Assembly (NCBI GenBank): GCA_038087875.1
Contig: CM075988.1
Coordinates: forward strand, 11,906,001-11,966,000
DNA from: Malacoraja senta
Taxonomy: Eukaryota
Length of the DNA: 60,000 nt
Reading direction: 5' to 3'
A program made the translations under genes and the position numbers. Below the pieces are notes generated by a model. The model saw only the letters and a list, made by a program, of their open reading frames with translations, was not told where the DNA came from and ran no database searches. The stretch's first letter is position 1. The number at the start of each line of letters is the position of its first letter. This document shows positions 1-12,049 of this stretch, one piece after another.

Positions 1-534
1 TTGTATCTCCAAGCTAAACTAAACTAAATCTGAGGAATGGTCCCACCCCAAAAACGTTACCTATCCATTGTATCCATGTTTTAGCCATGTTGTATCCATG
101 CACTTAGTGTTTTGATAAAGAAAATACAAATTAGCATCTGGGAAGTGACAGGAAGCCTGATGATGGCTTGCGTAAATGGTCCTCACTCAGAATAGATAAA
201 TGCAGGAAACCATCCAAATATTCAACCACTTTAGGTACTGATCAGGTGAGAGCACAGGAAGGTATGCAAAAGACTACTCTGTCATGAACCATCAGATACT
301 GAATTTCACATCAGATCCAAAGGACCATCTGTTGTAAATTTACAGCAGCTGGTCAATTATAAGCACTGCATAAACTTTTACTTTATCTTGATCAGGTCCC
401 AGTCCGACTGCTTGAGTTCTGTTGGAAGCAAAGCGGAAAGAGTACATTGGGTTGCAAAATTGTTTTTAGTGAATTAGCTGACAATTTTTGCTTGAAATAA
501 AAAGGGCAGCTAATGCAAGTGCCAATTGAATAAC

Positions 535-708
535 CGAGACACAAGAGACTGCAGATTCTGGCATTTGGAGCAACAAACAAGCTGCTGCTTCAAGCAACGT
601 CTGTGGACGGAAATGAATGGTCAATATTTTGGGTCGAATCTCTTCAGGATCATTCCATCTGCAGATGCTGTTCAACCTATTAAGTTCCTTTCAGGAGATT
701 GTTTGTTT
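535..708. mobile_element. Older, degenerate Penelope-terminus palindromic repeat
   Basis: ACACAAGAGACTGCAGATTCTGG.. tail and inverted ..CAGATGCTGTTCAACC.. half. Confidence 0.5.
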
Positions 709-864
709 CTGTCAATTATATTCACCTGTCTGCAAAATGTTTGATTAAAGTGTTTGATTATGATGTCGGAAAGGTAATGAAAGACTTTGAGAATATAACA
801 TGGAAGAAACCCCCAAAATATTTTTATAAACATTTAAAGCTCCAAATCTTTTCATAAGCATTGT

Positions 865-1097
865 TTTAAGGTGAGAGGGTCAAAGTTTAAAGGAAATATG
901 AAGGAACAAATGTTTACACAGAGTGCTGGTGATGGTGGTTGAGGCAGATATGGTAGTAGCATTTAAGAGACTTTTGGATAGGCATATGGATGTGCCAGGA
1001 ATGGAGGGATATGAATTATGTGCAGGCAGATAAGAGTTGGTATTGCAATCATGTTCGGCACATAATTATGGGCTGAAAGATCTGTTCTTGTGCTGTT
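865..1097 (+). mobile_element. CR1 3' end fragment
   Basis: TTTAAGGTGAGAGG..TTTAAAGGA..GGGCTGAAAG..CTGTTCTTGTGCTG. Confidence 0.7.
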
Positions 1098-1172
1098 GTG
1101 AAAGGACCAAAGATTTGGATCAAATATGGGTAACTGGTGACAATTCAGAACAAAAAGGGAAATATTGTTGTT

Positions 1173-1265
1173 AGATACAAAGTGTTGGAGTAACTCAACG
1201 GGTCAGACAGCATCTCTGGACAAAAAGGTTAGGTGACGTTCTAGGTTGAGACCCTTCTTCAGACT
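1173..1265 (-). mobile_element. Short Penelope-terminus-derived repeat (degenerate hammerhead)
   Basis: Matches 8047-8145: GGAGTAACTCA..GCATCTCTGGA..ACCCTTCTTCAGACTG. Confidence 0.8.
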
Positions 1266-1933
1266 GAGACATATATTTCTTCAGACATATATTATTGTTT
1301 GCAACGGGTACAACTGAAGATTACCCAGTAAACTTGCAAATGGAGAATTGTTAATATTGTAGTACAAAAGACGGGAGTTAAAAAAACACGATTACAATGC
1401 AGGTGGAAGGGAGGTTGGTATCACTGAAAGTTAATAGGTCATTTGGTCTTGATGGGTTTCATCCTTCTCTGCTGAATAAAGCTGAGTTGTGCGTTGTAGA
1501 ACCTGTGACCACAATTGCTTCTTGGATGTGATGGTGTTTCAAGTTAAGAAGTTATTAAGTCATTCGTAACTTTGAGAAGTTTGAGCTCACTCGAACATAA
1601 ACCCAATCAGTTTAGGAAAGGCAAATTGACAAGAACAAAATTAACTCTAACATGGAGAAGTGTAAGGTAGTAACAAACAATCAGCATTCTTTATGCTAAA
1701 AGGCCAATTGAGATGGACAAGATTGATTTGACGAGGTGGTTGCTATAAACTGAGACAACAGATATTGAGTTAATGGATTTTTAAAAAGTATTTGGTAAAG
1801 TACCAGCCAATTGACAGACTTGACAGACGAATTAGTGGTAATTCAGGGACAAAGCTCATATAAAAGGGCCTAATTTGCATAATAATGCCAATAATTTATG
1901 TGGAATTTTAGCATAGTGCAACATATAAGTTGT

Positions 1934-2177
1934 GATAGACACAAAGTGCTGGAGTAATTCAACGAGACAAGCAGTATCTCTGGAGAGAAGGAGTGGATGA
2001 ATTTTCGGATCGAAACCCTTCCACAGACTGATCAATCTGAAGAAGGGTCTCGGCCCGAAACATCACCCATTCCTTCTCCCCAGAGATGCTGCTTGTCTCT
2101 CCAGAGGTGCTGAATTAGTCCAGCATTTTGTGTCTACCTTCAATTTAAACCAGCATCTGCAGTTCTTTCCTACACAT
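1934..2177. mobile_element. Palindromic Penelope-terminus insertion
   Basis: Inverted arms centred near 2031; tail CCAGCATCTGCAGTTCTTTCCTACAC; flanking ATATAAGTTG at 1923-1932 and 2178-2187. Confidence 0.85.
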
Positions 2178-2224
2178 ATATAAGTTGGGGTGTTGGGTTT
2201 CTTGAAAAAGTCCAAGCACATCAG

Positions 2225-2751
2225 TGTAAATAAGCTCTTTGCAAGCTTCCCCCCAGTCTAGGCCAGTCAATAAACCACTGATTCAAGCACTGGAACAACT
2301 AAACTTTATTTTTAGAGAACACAACAAATCACCCTATACGATACCTAAACCACTGCAGGTTCGATCCTTGTATCTGCCTGGCCAAGCCTTTAAGCTTCGT
2401 GCAAGCAGAGACACTCCAAAAGGTCACACAGTCCCAAGCGCTCTTCCAGAAAATCGACAACGGACCTCATGGAGGCTGCCTTGTATAGGTCCCCGAACCT
2501 TGAGGGGCCGAACTACAGAGGGGTGGTATATTTACAATCCAATCAAGTACAACAAATTACAATAATACATTACTGACAAGTATACAGGCCAATTACAGAA
2601 ACTTCTTATGTGTTAAAGAAGGAACTGCAGATGCTGCAAAATCGAAGGTACACATAAATGCTGGAGAAACTCAGCGGGTGCAGCAGCATCTATGGAGCGA
2701 AGGAAATAGGCAACGTTTCGGGCCGAAACCCTTCTTCAGAAACTTCTTACA
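2225..2751 (-). repeat. LTR-like interspersed repeat, copy 1 (interrupted by Penelope insertion 2609-2749)
   Basis: TGTAA..TTACA termini after removing the insert; homologous to 11577-12017. Confidence 0.5.
2712..2739 (-). ncRNA. Minimal hammerhead core (GTT subfamily) in a short Penelope-derived insertion (2609-2740)
   Basis: Reverse complement CTGAAGAAGGGTTTCGGCCCGAAACGTT; element flanked by 13-bp direct repeat CAGAAACTTCTTA (2596-2608, 2737-2749). Confidence 0.55.
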
Positions 2752-3573
2752 TTGTTGCAGGTGAAGCTTCCAGAAGAGGCAAACAGAACCTTGAATATGC
2801 AACATTTACCCTGGGATTCAAACAAAACTGTGCCAGTTAAAAGACCTACAGCTGTGCAAGTGGGCGAGATGCCTGAAATGAGGTATCACCACTGATTCAC
2901 AAGTCTGATACAACAGTGCATCAACAGACAGAGCCTGTCACTAAGAGTTCAATGTCCTTGATTTTGGGCAAAATGCAGTCGTACAATATGGAGTGATAAT
3001 AGTTTTGCTCACGACTAAAAACAAAGTCAATGTGTAATTATCCCAACTGTTCTCTCCCCTGCACTCCTTTCTCTTGCAATGAAAGTAAAACTGAGTCACC
3101 ATGGCGCTCCGTTTTCAACAAATGGATGCAATTTATTTGGTGGGTGACCATTGCTAAAGGCAACAAAGAAATTACACGTCAAAGGTTGTCTGGCAGCAGT
3201 GGGAGGATTCACAAGGATCTCAAGAAGTGCATAGATGGCTTGTTAGGGAACTGGCCCTGAATGGGCATATAATCACTGCCCACATATTGCATCGTCAGAC
3301 AGTGCTGTAGTAAAGTAGACACTTTGACCATCTGAGTTTGTTGCGAAATTGTTTTTTTTGTGGAAAATCGAAAAGTAAAAGAGTAAATTCAGGAAGAATG
3401 TCCAACATATCTCGGGCAAAATACAATGAATTATGTGATGACTTCAACATGCAAAACATTTAACATTTTTGAAGTCTCTTTCGAACTCGGATCTCCCCTG
3501 GAGAAGCTTGATTTTAATGTTCTGTGAGACAAAATGAATGTGTAAGAATATTTGCAGATGTTCCTCTGTACTG

Positions 3574-3794
3574 AAGATAGACACGATGTGGTGGGGTAAC
3601 TCAGTGGGTCAGGCAGCATCTCTGGAGAAAAGGGACAGGTGAAGTTTCGGATTGGAATCCTTTTTGAGACCTCAGACCTGAGTCCTTCAGTCCTTCAGTC
3701 TGAATAAGAATTACATCCTGAAATGTCACCTGTTCCTTTTCTCCAGAGATGCTGTCTGACCCACTGAGTTACTCTGGCACTTTGTATCTATCTT
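3574..3794. mobile_element. Palindromic Penelope-terminus insertion
   Basis: AAGATAGACAC..GCATCTCTGGAGAAAAGG / CCTTTTCTCCAGAGATGC..TATCTATCTT inverted arms. Confidence 0.85.
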
Positions 3795-3879
3795 TGGCAA
3801 AATTAATATCTGCTGGTGGAGATACGAAGCCCTGTTATTTTACCTTTGGGATGTGATTAACGCATCCTCCAATGAAAGG

Positions 3880-4190
3880 CCAAGATAGAGTGGATAGGGA
3901 AAGGATGTTTCCAGTATTGGGAGAGTCTAGAACCAGAGGGCACAGCCTCAGAATAAAAGGACGTACCTTCAGAATGGAGATGAGGAGGAATTTCTTGAGC
4001 ATCTGTGGAATTAATTGCCATTGACAGCTATGGAGGCCAAGTCATTGGAAAGCAGAGATTAAAGCAGAGATTGATTGGTTTTTGATTAGTAATAGAGTCA
4101 AAGGTTATGGGGAGAAGGCAGGATTAGGAGGGAAAGATAGATTGAATGGCGGAAAAGATGAATGGCCTAATTCTGCTGTTATGTCTTATA
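3880..4190 (+). mobile_element. CR1 3' end fragment
   Basis: GGAGAGTCTAGAACCAGAGGGCACAGCCTCAGAATAAAAGG..GGTTATGGGGAGAAGGCAGG. Confidence 0.8.
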
Positions 4191-4544
4191 CTCCATTCCT
4201 GCCTGTATGAGGACAGTTTTTGTTTCAAAACCTCACCCTCTTTTCATGAACTTGAGCTACTAGAGCTTTCTGCAGAAGCCTGATATGAAGACCCCAATCA
4301 TTTCATCAGCATGGGCATCCAAAGTAGAGTTCAATCTGCTTCAGGTATCAGTAACTGTCTCCAGGTTGAAATCAAGACTAGCAGAGGCAGGTAATGCGTT
4401 GATGTCTCGCCCGCTCTTTTTTCCCCCCGGAAGGGAAGTGTTACAATTTGCACCAGCATCACTCTACCAGTGATTAATCTGTGTCCTCCCTAGGCAGAAC
4501 ATGGCAGACAATTTAAGCATGATGCACTACACAATTTTAGCTTT

Positions 4545-5152
4545 ATAGAGTCATAGAGCCTTACAGCATGGAAACATGCCCTTCAGCACAAATTGTCCAT
4601 GGTGACAAAGTTGTTTAAATGAGTTTGTCCCACTTGCCTGCACCTGGACAATATCCCTCAAACCATTCCTACCCATGTACCCGTCCAACTGTCGAGTCAA
4701 TGTAATTATTTTTGTGCAACTCCACCGTTTCCTCTGACAACACATTCCATATGCACACAATTCTCTGTGTGAAAATGTTCCCCCTCTAGTCAATTAAAAA
4801 TTGTTCCCCTCTCACTTGAAACCTTTTCTCTCCTGATTTTAAGTCCACTATCCTTGGGGGGGGGGGGGGGGGGGGGAGATATTGTGGCTCTTCACTTGAT
4901 CTGTGGCTTTCATAGTTTTGTGTAGCACTTTAAGGTGACCCCTCATTATCTTTTGCTCCAGGGAAAACAATTCAACCTGTCCAGCCTTTCCGAATACTTC
5001 AAACCCTCCTGACCTGATAACATCCCCGTAAATCTATTTTACACCCTTTCTAGTTTAATGACATAGTTCTTAAAGCAGGGCAACTGTAAACGTACACAGT
5101 TCCCTAAGCGTGACCTTACTAACATTTTGTACAACTGTAACTCAGTACCCTG
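4545..5152 (-). mobile_element. CR1 3' fragment containing a 21-nt G run (4856-4876)
   Basis: ATAGAGTCATAGAG tail; TCTGTGTGAAAATGTTCCCC..; similar to other CR1 copies in the window. Confidence 0.7.
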
Positions 5153-5161
5153 ATCATCAGA

Positions 5162-5765
5162 TCATGTGATAGGAACAGAATTAGGCCATTTGGCCCATCA
5201 AGTCTACTCTGTCATGCAATCATGGATGATCTATCTCTCCCTCCTAACCCCATTCTCCTGTCTTCTCCCCATAGCCTCTGACACCCATACAAATCAAGAA
5301 TCTATCTATCTTCCTTAAAATATATCGAATGTCTTGGCCACAGCCTTCTGTGGCAAAGAATTCCACAGATTCACCACCATCTGACGGTGGAAGAAATTCC
5401 TCATTATCTCCTTCCTAAAAGGACGTCCTTTAATTCTGAGGCTATAACCTCTAGTAATAATAATAATAATAATAATACATTTTATTTGTATAGCGCTTTT
5501 CAAGGACTCAAAGTCGCTTTACATGGCGAGTCAATAACAAAACAAAATAGAGCAGTAAGACAGAGATGCAAAGGGGAGGGGGACATGGGACTAAGGGTAT
5601 GGAGAGGTGAAGAGATGGGTCTTGAGGCGGGACTGGAGGATGGTGAGGGACTCAGAATTTCGGATCAACTATGGGAGGGAGTCCTAGTCTCTTCCACTAG
5701 TGGAAACATCCTCTCCCCATTCACTCTATTCAAGCCTTTCAATATTTTGTACGTTTCCATGTTGT
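5162..5765 (-). mobile_element. CR1 3' fragment split by an L2-like insertion
   Basis: RGYSLRIKGRPF..NLWNSLPQKAV (5315-5455) continues as ETYKILKGLNRVNGERMFPLVEETRT (5683-5765). Confidence 0.8.
5456..5679 (-). mobile_element. L2-like LINE 3' end with (ATT)n tail
   Basis: (AAT)n-ACATTTTATTTGTATAGCGCTTTTC..CAAAGTCGCTTTACA, typical of L2 3' termini. Confidence 0.65.
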
Positions 5766-6369
5766 CCCCCGTGATAAATGGAGGACGGATGGCAAATGCT
5801 TCCTTCACCGCTGGCATCATTACTTTTGTTGAACTATCTACCTTCATCCCCCAGTCTCTATGATCTACAATACTCCCCAGGACTCAAGCATTCACTATCT
5901 AAATTAAATCTTTTGCCCTCTCACCTTAAAGTGAGTCCAGGATGCAGTGGCAGTGCACTGCAACTAGATAGTAATTTTCCATGGAACCTCTCTCTGAAGA
6001 TCGGGTGTATGAACATTCTTGTTTTCAGAATTGGAACAAAGATACATTATTTTATAAAATCTCAGGAAAGGGCATTGAGATTAGCTTTTCCAAATCTGAT
6101 ATTATTTCATTGGGCCATCTTTCTCGAATGGTTGCAGCTATAATGTGGTAGCATGTTGAGAAAGAGGTTGTTACCAAAGATTTAATCTGTTCCCTCCTAT
6201 TTAATATTTTGTCCAGAGGTAACATTTCTGGTTCCAATCCAGTAGCAGGCACCACTGGCCCTAGTTTCACTCATTCTCCCCTGGTTTCCAGCCTATCATG
6301 GAACTGTTTTGTTCACTCTGCCCCTCCCTCATATTGCCACATGGAACTTGTCCAATATCTAACTTTTCA

Positions 6370-6820
6370 TGTGTTGAAGAGGTTTACCAGAATGCTACCT
6401 GGATTAGAGGCAAAGGCTAGAAGGAGAGATTGGACAAACTTGGATTGTTTACTGCAGAACAATAGAGGTTGCAGGGTGGCCTGATAAAATGCTAGAAAAT
6501 TATGAGAGGAAAAGTTAGGGAAAACAGTCAGAACTATTTCCCAGGGTAGAAATGTCAAAGAATGGACAATGTATCTTTAAGGTGAGGTAGGCAAAATTTA
6601 AAGGAGATGGGCAGGGCAAGTTTTTTTACACCAAGAGTGATGGGTGCCTGGTGGTGGAGGCAGATATGCTATTTAAATAGCTTTTAGATATACACATGGA
6701 TATGAAGGGAATGGAGGAATATGGATCACGTACAGACAAGAGAGATTAGTTTATCTTGACATAATGTTGAGCACAGACATTGTGGGCTGAAAGGCCTATT
6801 CCTATGCTGTTCTGCTCTAT
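6370..6820 (+). mobile_element. CR1 3' fragment
   Basis: KRFTRMLPGLE motif; CR1 3' UTR GGGCTGAAAGGCCTATTCC. Confidence 0.75.
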
Positions 6821-7019
6821 GCATCAACAATAAGTAAACATGAGGTTCATTTTCACTTGCCTGCCCTGCGACTCTTTCTAGAATTGACTATTTTTATTTC
6901 ATATTTCCATCATTTGAAGCAGTTTGTTTTTTGGAGAAGCGACAAAATATTAATTTAACCCTCAGATCCAACAATTAACGTCCTTTTGTAGTTGTCCTGA
7001 TGTCTTTAAATTTCCATTG

Positions 7020-8012
7020 AAACATAGAAACATAGAAATAGGTGCAGGAGGAGGCCATTCGGCCCTTTGAGCCAGCACCGCCATTCATTGTGATCATGGC
7101 TGATCGTCCCCTATCAATAACCCGTGCCTGCCTTCTCCCCATATCCCTTGACTCCACTAGCCCCTAGAGCTCTATCTAACTCTCTCTTAAATCCATCCAG
7201 TGACCTGGCCTCCACTGCCCTCTGTGGCAGGGAATTCCATAAATTCACAACTCTCTGGGTGAAAAAGTTTTTTCTCACCTCAGTCTTAAATGACCTCCCC
7301 TTTATTCTAAGACTGTGGCCCCTGGTTCTGGACTCGTCCAACACTGCCTCAATCACAAGGATGTCCTTCCTCAAATTAGGAGACCAAAACTGTACACAAT
7401 ACTCCAGATGTGGTCTCACCAGAGCCCTATACAACTGCAGAAGAACCTCTTTACTCCTATACTGAAATCCTCTTGTTATGGCCAAGATTCCATTAGCTTT
7501 CTTCACTGCCTGCTGTACCTGCACGCCAACTTTTAGTGACCGGTGTACAAGGACACCCAGGTCTCGCTGCACCTCCCCCTTACCTAACCTAACCCCATTG
7601 AGATAATAATCTGCCCCCTTGTTTTTGCCGCCAAAGTGGATAACCTCACATTTATCTATATTATACTGCATCTGCCACACATCTGCCCACTCACTCAACC
7701 TGTCCAGGTCACCCTGCAACCTCCTAACATCCTCTTCACAGTTCACACTGCCACCCAGCTTTGTGTCATCCGCAAACTTGCTAATGTTGCTCCTAATTCC
7801 CTCTTCCAAATCATTAATATATATGGTAAACAGTTGCGGCCCCAACACCGAGCCTTGCGGCACTCCTACTCTTTGCTTCCGGTCTGCCAACCAATTTTCT
7901 ATCCATGTCAACACCCTACCCCCAATACCATGTGCTCTAATTTTAGTCACCAGTCTCCCGTGCTGGACCTTATCAAAGGCTTTCTGAAAGTCTAGATACA
8001 CTTCATCCACTG
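7020..8012 (-). mobile_element. CR1/HER1 LINE 3' fragment with internal deletions
   Basis: ORF 7114-8019 with DFQKAFDKV, VPQGSVLGP, KFADDTKL; (GTTTCTAT)n tail. Confidence 0.95.
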
Positions 8013-8046
8013 ATACCAATGCTCACAAATAATTATGCTGTAGCAG

Positions 8047-9670
8047 AAGATAGACACATAAAAGCTGGAGTAACTCAGCGGGACAGGCAGCATCTCTGGA
8101 GAGAAGGAATGGGTGACGTTTCGGGTCGAGACCCTTCTTCAGACTGGTTAGGGATAAAGGAAATTAGGGATATAGACGGTAATGTGGAGAAATAAAGAAT
8201 GAAATGAAAGATATGCAAAAAAATGTAATGATGATAAAGGAAACAGACCATTGTAAGCTGTTTGTAGGGTGAAAATGAGAAGCTACTGCAACTTGGGTGG
8301 AGGAGGGATAAAGAGAGAAGGAATGCCGGGGCTACCTGAAGTGAGAGAAATCAATATTTATACCACGTGGCTGTAAGTTGCCCAAGCGAAATATGAGATG
8401 CTGTTCCTCCAATTTGCATTTAGCCTCACTCTGACAATTGAGGAGATCCAGGACAGAAAGGTCTGTGTAAGAATGGGAAGGAGAATTTAAGTGTCCATCA
8501 ACCGGGAGATCAGGTTGGTTCAGGCAGGCTGAGCGAAGGTGTTCCGCGAAACGATCGCCTAGTCTACATTTGGTCTCGGCGATGTATAAGAGTCCACATC
8601 TTGAACAACGGATACTGTAGATGAGGTTGGAGGAGGTGCAAGTGAACCTCTGCCTAACATGAAAGGACTGTCGGGGTCCCTGGACAGAGTCGAGGGAGGA
8701 GGTATAGCGACAGGTGTTGCATCCTCTGCGGTTGCAGGGGAAAGTACCTGGGGAGGGGGTGGTTTGGGTGGGAAGGGATGAGTTAACCAGGGAGTTGCGG
8801 AGGGAACGGTTTCTGCGGAAGTCGGAAAGGGGGTGGAGATGGGAAAATGTGGCTAGTGGTGGGATCCCGTTAGAGGTGGCAGAAATTTTGGAGGATTATG
8901 TGTTGTATGCAATGGTTGATGGGGTGGAAGGTAAGGACTAGGGGGACTCTGTTGCAACTAGAGGGAGGGGGTGCAAGGGGGGAGCTGCAGGGTACCGAGG
9001 ATACACGAGTGGGGGCATCATCTATGATGGGCAAGGGGAACCCATGTTCCCTAAAGAATTAGGACATCTCGGATGTTCTAGTATGGAACACCTCATCTTG
9101 GGCGCAGATGCAGCGTAGACGGAGGAATTGGGAGTAGGGCATAGAGTATTTGCAGGAAGCAGGATGGGAAGAAATGTAGTCGAGATAGTTGGGGGAGTCA
9201 GTGGGTTTGTAATTAAAGTCAGTCAATGGTCTATTTTCTGTGATGGAGACTGTGAGATAAAGAAAGGGGAGGGAGGATTCGGAGATGGTCCAAGTAAATT
9301 TGAGCGCAGGATGAAAATTGGTGTTGAAGTTGATGAAGTCCATGAGTTCTGCATGTGTGCAGGAGGTATCACCGATGTAGTCATCAATGTAACGGAGATA
9401 TAGTTTGGGGATAGGGCCAGCGTACGCCTGGAACAGGGATTGTTCAATGTACCCTACGAAGAGGCAGGCAGAGCTGGGGCCCGTGCGGGTGCCTCTTGCT
9501 ACGTCTTGGACTTGGAGGAAGTGGGAGGAGTCAAAAGAGAAGTTGTTGAGGGTGAGGACCAGCTCCGCTAGGCAATGTAGAGTGTTAGTAGAGGGAAATT
9601 AGATGGTTCTGCGGTCGAGGAAGAAACGGAGGGCTTTGAGGCCGTCCTGGTAGGGGATGGATTTGTAGAG
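8047..9670 (-). mobile_element. 5'-truncated, degenerate Penelope-like retroelement (RT C-terminal half, GIY-YIG endonuclease, 3' terminal repeat)
   Basis: Minus strand encodes GVARGTRTGPSSACLFVG and LYLRYIDDYIG (~9370-9510), FHPALKFTWTISESSLPFL..YKPTD..YLDY.SSHP (ORF 9059-9343) and FTCTSSNLIYSIRCSRCGLLYIAETKCRLGDRFAEHLR (~8530-8650). Flanking near-duplication TATG[C/T]TGTAGCAG at 8034-8046 and 9690-9702. Confidence 0.9.
8115..8142 (-). ncRNA. Minimal hammerhead ribozyme core in the Penelope terminal repeat
   Basis: Minus strand CTGAAGA-A-GGGTC-TC-GACCC-GAAAC-GTC; palindromic ACGT in place of stem III; stem I only about 2 bp. Confidence 0.6.
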
Positions 9671-11267
9671 TGTAGACACAAAATAAAGATATGTTGTAGC
9701 AGCCCTGGCTCATCTTTGTGCATGTACTGCCTATGCTTGAAAGTAATTTCCCATCATAGATATTTGTGCTGGTCTTTTAGAAAAGCTTTAATCATCAAAT
9801 AATGTATTAGCACTCTCATCATTCATTCCACAATCTTCTCTTTAAGTGAGGGAATTCCAACTAATCTTATCTCTTGCTTAAGGCTTTGTTAATTTTATTC
9901 CAGCTCTACACTCGCACTGCTCTAAATATAACACGCTAGCATGTAAATTATTCATTTCTCTCTTTGCATTTAAAACTTGGATCATGTCCCCTTTCAATCC
10001 CTCTCTCTAATAAAAGCAAATACAATTTAGTTTCTTCCTACAGGCATAGAGCAGATTTAACTAAAACCATTAGCATCAGTTGATGTGAATTGAACAGGGC
10101 TGCTTTGGAGTCAGCTGTAAACTAATGTTAAAAGAAGTAGGCGGATTTAGTGTAAACTGAGATCAAAGCCACTAATTCAAATGACAATTTTACTGCGAAT
10201 TAGCTCTAAATTTACAGCACCACTATAGTATAGCACATGGTATGTTTGTCCGTACATAGTGATGTGCTGCCTTGATGCACAAATATGTACACATTTTCTG
10301 CTAAGCAGTAAAAAAAAGGATGACAGCATTATAGTTTTGATTGAATTGATGCTTGGAGATATGTAAAAAGATTTCAGTTTAAAACCTTAAAAAAAAACAT
10401 CTCCCGCATGCAAGGCACAAAACAACAGAGGCTCATTAACAGCTCATTGAGAAATAAGGAAGTGTGACAATACCAGCTGTATGCTGTTATTGCAGCATTA
10501 TTATAAAAGACTATAAAATTCTTGGATCACCACGCAGCCAAATTGCAACAGCCATTGTAAATCACCAAGCCCATTACAGTATATATATAATCCTACTGGA
10601 GTTTAGTCTATAGGATTAGACACTGGGGTTTTATAAATCTGAAATGAAATAAAGCCAAATAGAAGCAGCTGTTGTTAAAATACTATTATGCAGTGATGAG
10701 TGGTACAAAAGTATGAACAGTCTGATGTTTTGTTTAAATCCCATTTCAAGGAGCTGAAATAATTTGACCATATTGAAACCAGTAAACAAATATTAATATA
10801 TTGCTAATTATGCTATTTGTTTACTATTTGCTTAATGGACGTGGAATAATATCCTTGTCACTATCAACACATATCCTAATCAATTTATGGCATTTATGCT
10901 TTACCATCTTCCAAACTGATGAAACCTGTGGTGACTTTCCTTGATAATTTGATGCAGAATAAGATTGAACAGACAAAAATGCATGGTGCACTCAACGAGT
11001 CCTGCTGGGAAGATGTAGGTTTTGTCTTGATAGATAGTTACAAGACAAGAGCTGCGATAATTAGTGCCTGAAAAGGTCTTGGTATTTCTTTTGACTTCCG
11101 GGGACAGGAATGTTCAAATTGTCACACCAAAATAATTTTCTTGTAAAGTAGTGGTGTGAACATTTCATTCACAGTTCAGAGTTTGAACCATTTGAGCTCC
11201 TGAAGATTCAAGGGTACCCATCTCAAGTGGATAAGTAATGAATAGCTTAGATCTTGTACTTGACCAA

Positions 11268-11521
11268 ATTTAGTTTCGAGATACAGCGCGGAAACAGGCC
11301 CTTCGGCCCACCGAGTCCATGCAGACTGCCGAACCCCCCCCCCCCCCATACACTAACAAATATCCTACACACTAGGGAGGAAACTGGAGCACCCGGGGAA
11401 AACCCACGCGGTCACAGGGAGAATGAACAAACTCCGTAAAGACAACACCAGTAGTCAAAATCTAACCCAGGTCTCTGGTGCTGTCAGGCAGCAACTCTGC
11501 CACCGCGCCACTGTGCCGCCC
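11268..11521 (-). mobile_element. HE1-type V-SINE (internally deleted)
   Basis: tRNA-like head GGGCGGCACAGTGGCGCGGTGG; V core GGGTTTTCCCCGGTGCTCCAGTTTCCTCC; tail GCTGTATCTC-AAACTA. Confidence 0.85.
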
Positions 11522-11576
11522 ATCAGTGGTGGAAGAAAGTTACGCACGCAGATCTCAGGCCTGCTCGGTGCAGGTC

Positions 11577-12017
11577 TGTAAATTGCTCGTTTATAAGGTT
11601 CCCCCCCAAGTCTAGTTTCAGTAAAACACTGAATCAAGCACTTGAAACAACTATATTTTATTTTAACAAATGCGCATTGCAGTTCAACTATTGTACCTAT
11701 CCATCCCACCATGGGTTTGATCCTCATATCTGCCTGTTCAAGCTCTCTAGGCCTCACTCTGACAAACACTCCAGAAATTCATGCAGTCCCAAGCGCTCTC
11801 CCGGAAGATCGACCCTGGACCTCATGGTAGCGGACTTTTGTATGTGTCCTGGGACCTCGAGGGGCCGAACCGCATGGGGTTGGTCTCTTAATAATACAAC
11901 TACAGATATTGATTAATCCCATACATAACAGACATTTCCCTAACCCAATAATACAGCAGCTTAATACATTGTATTCAAACAGGACTTCTAAAGGAAGCCA
12001 ACTTAGAAACATTTACC
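11577..12017 (-). repeat. LTR-like interspersed repeat, copy 2
   Basis: Shares CCCCC(A)AGTCTAG, TCAAGCACT.GAA, GTCCCAAGCGCTCT, GGACCTCATGG and GAGGGGCCGAAC with copy 1; TGTAAAT..ATTTAC termini. Confidence 0.5.
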
Positions 12018-12049
12018 CTGATCTGCAGGAAACCCAGACAAGGCTCAAT

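Noticed and set aside
1330..1830. Very degenerate RT-like traces (DFKKVFGKVP)
   Set aside because: Probably an ancient CR1, but boundaries are too uncertain to annotate.
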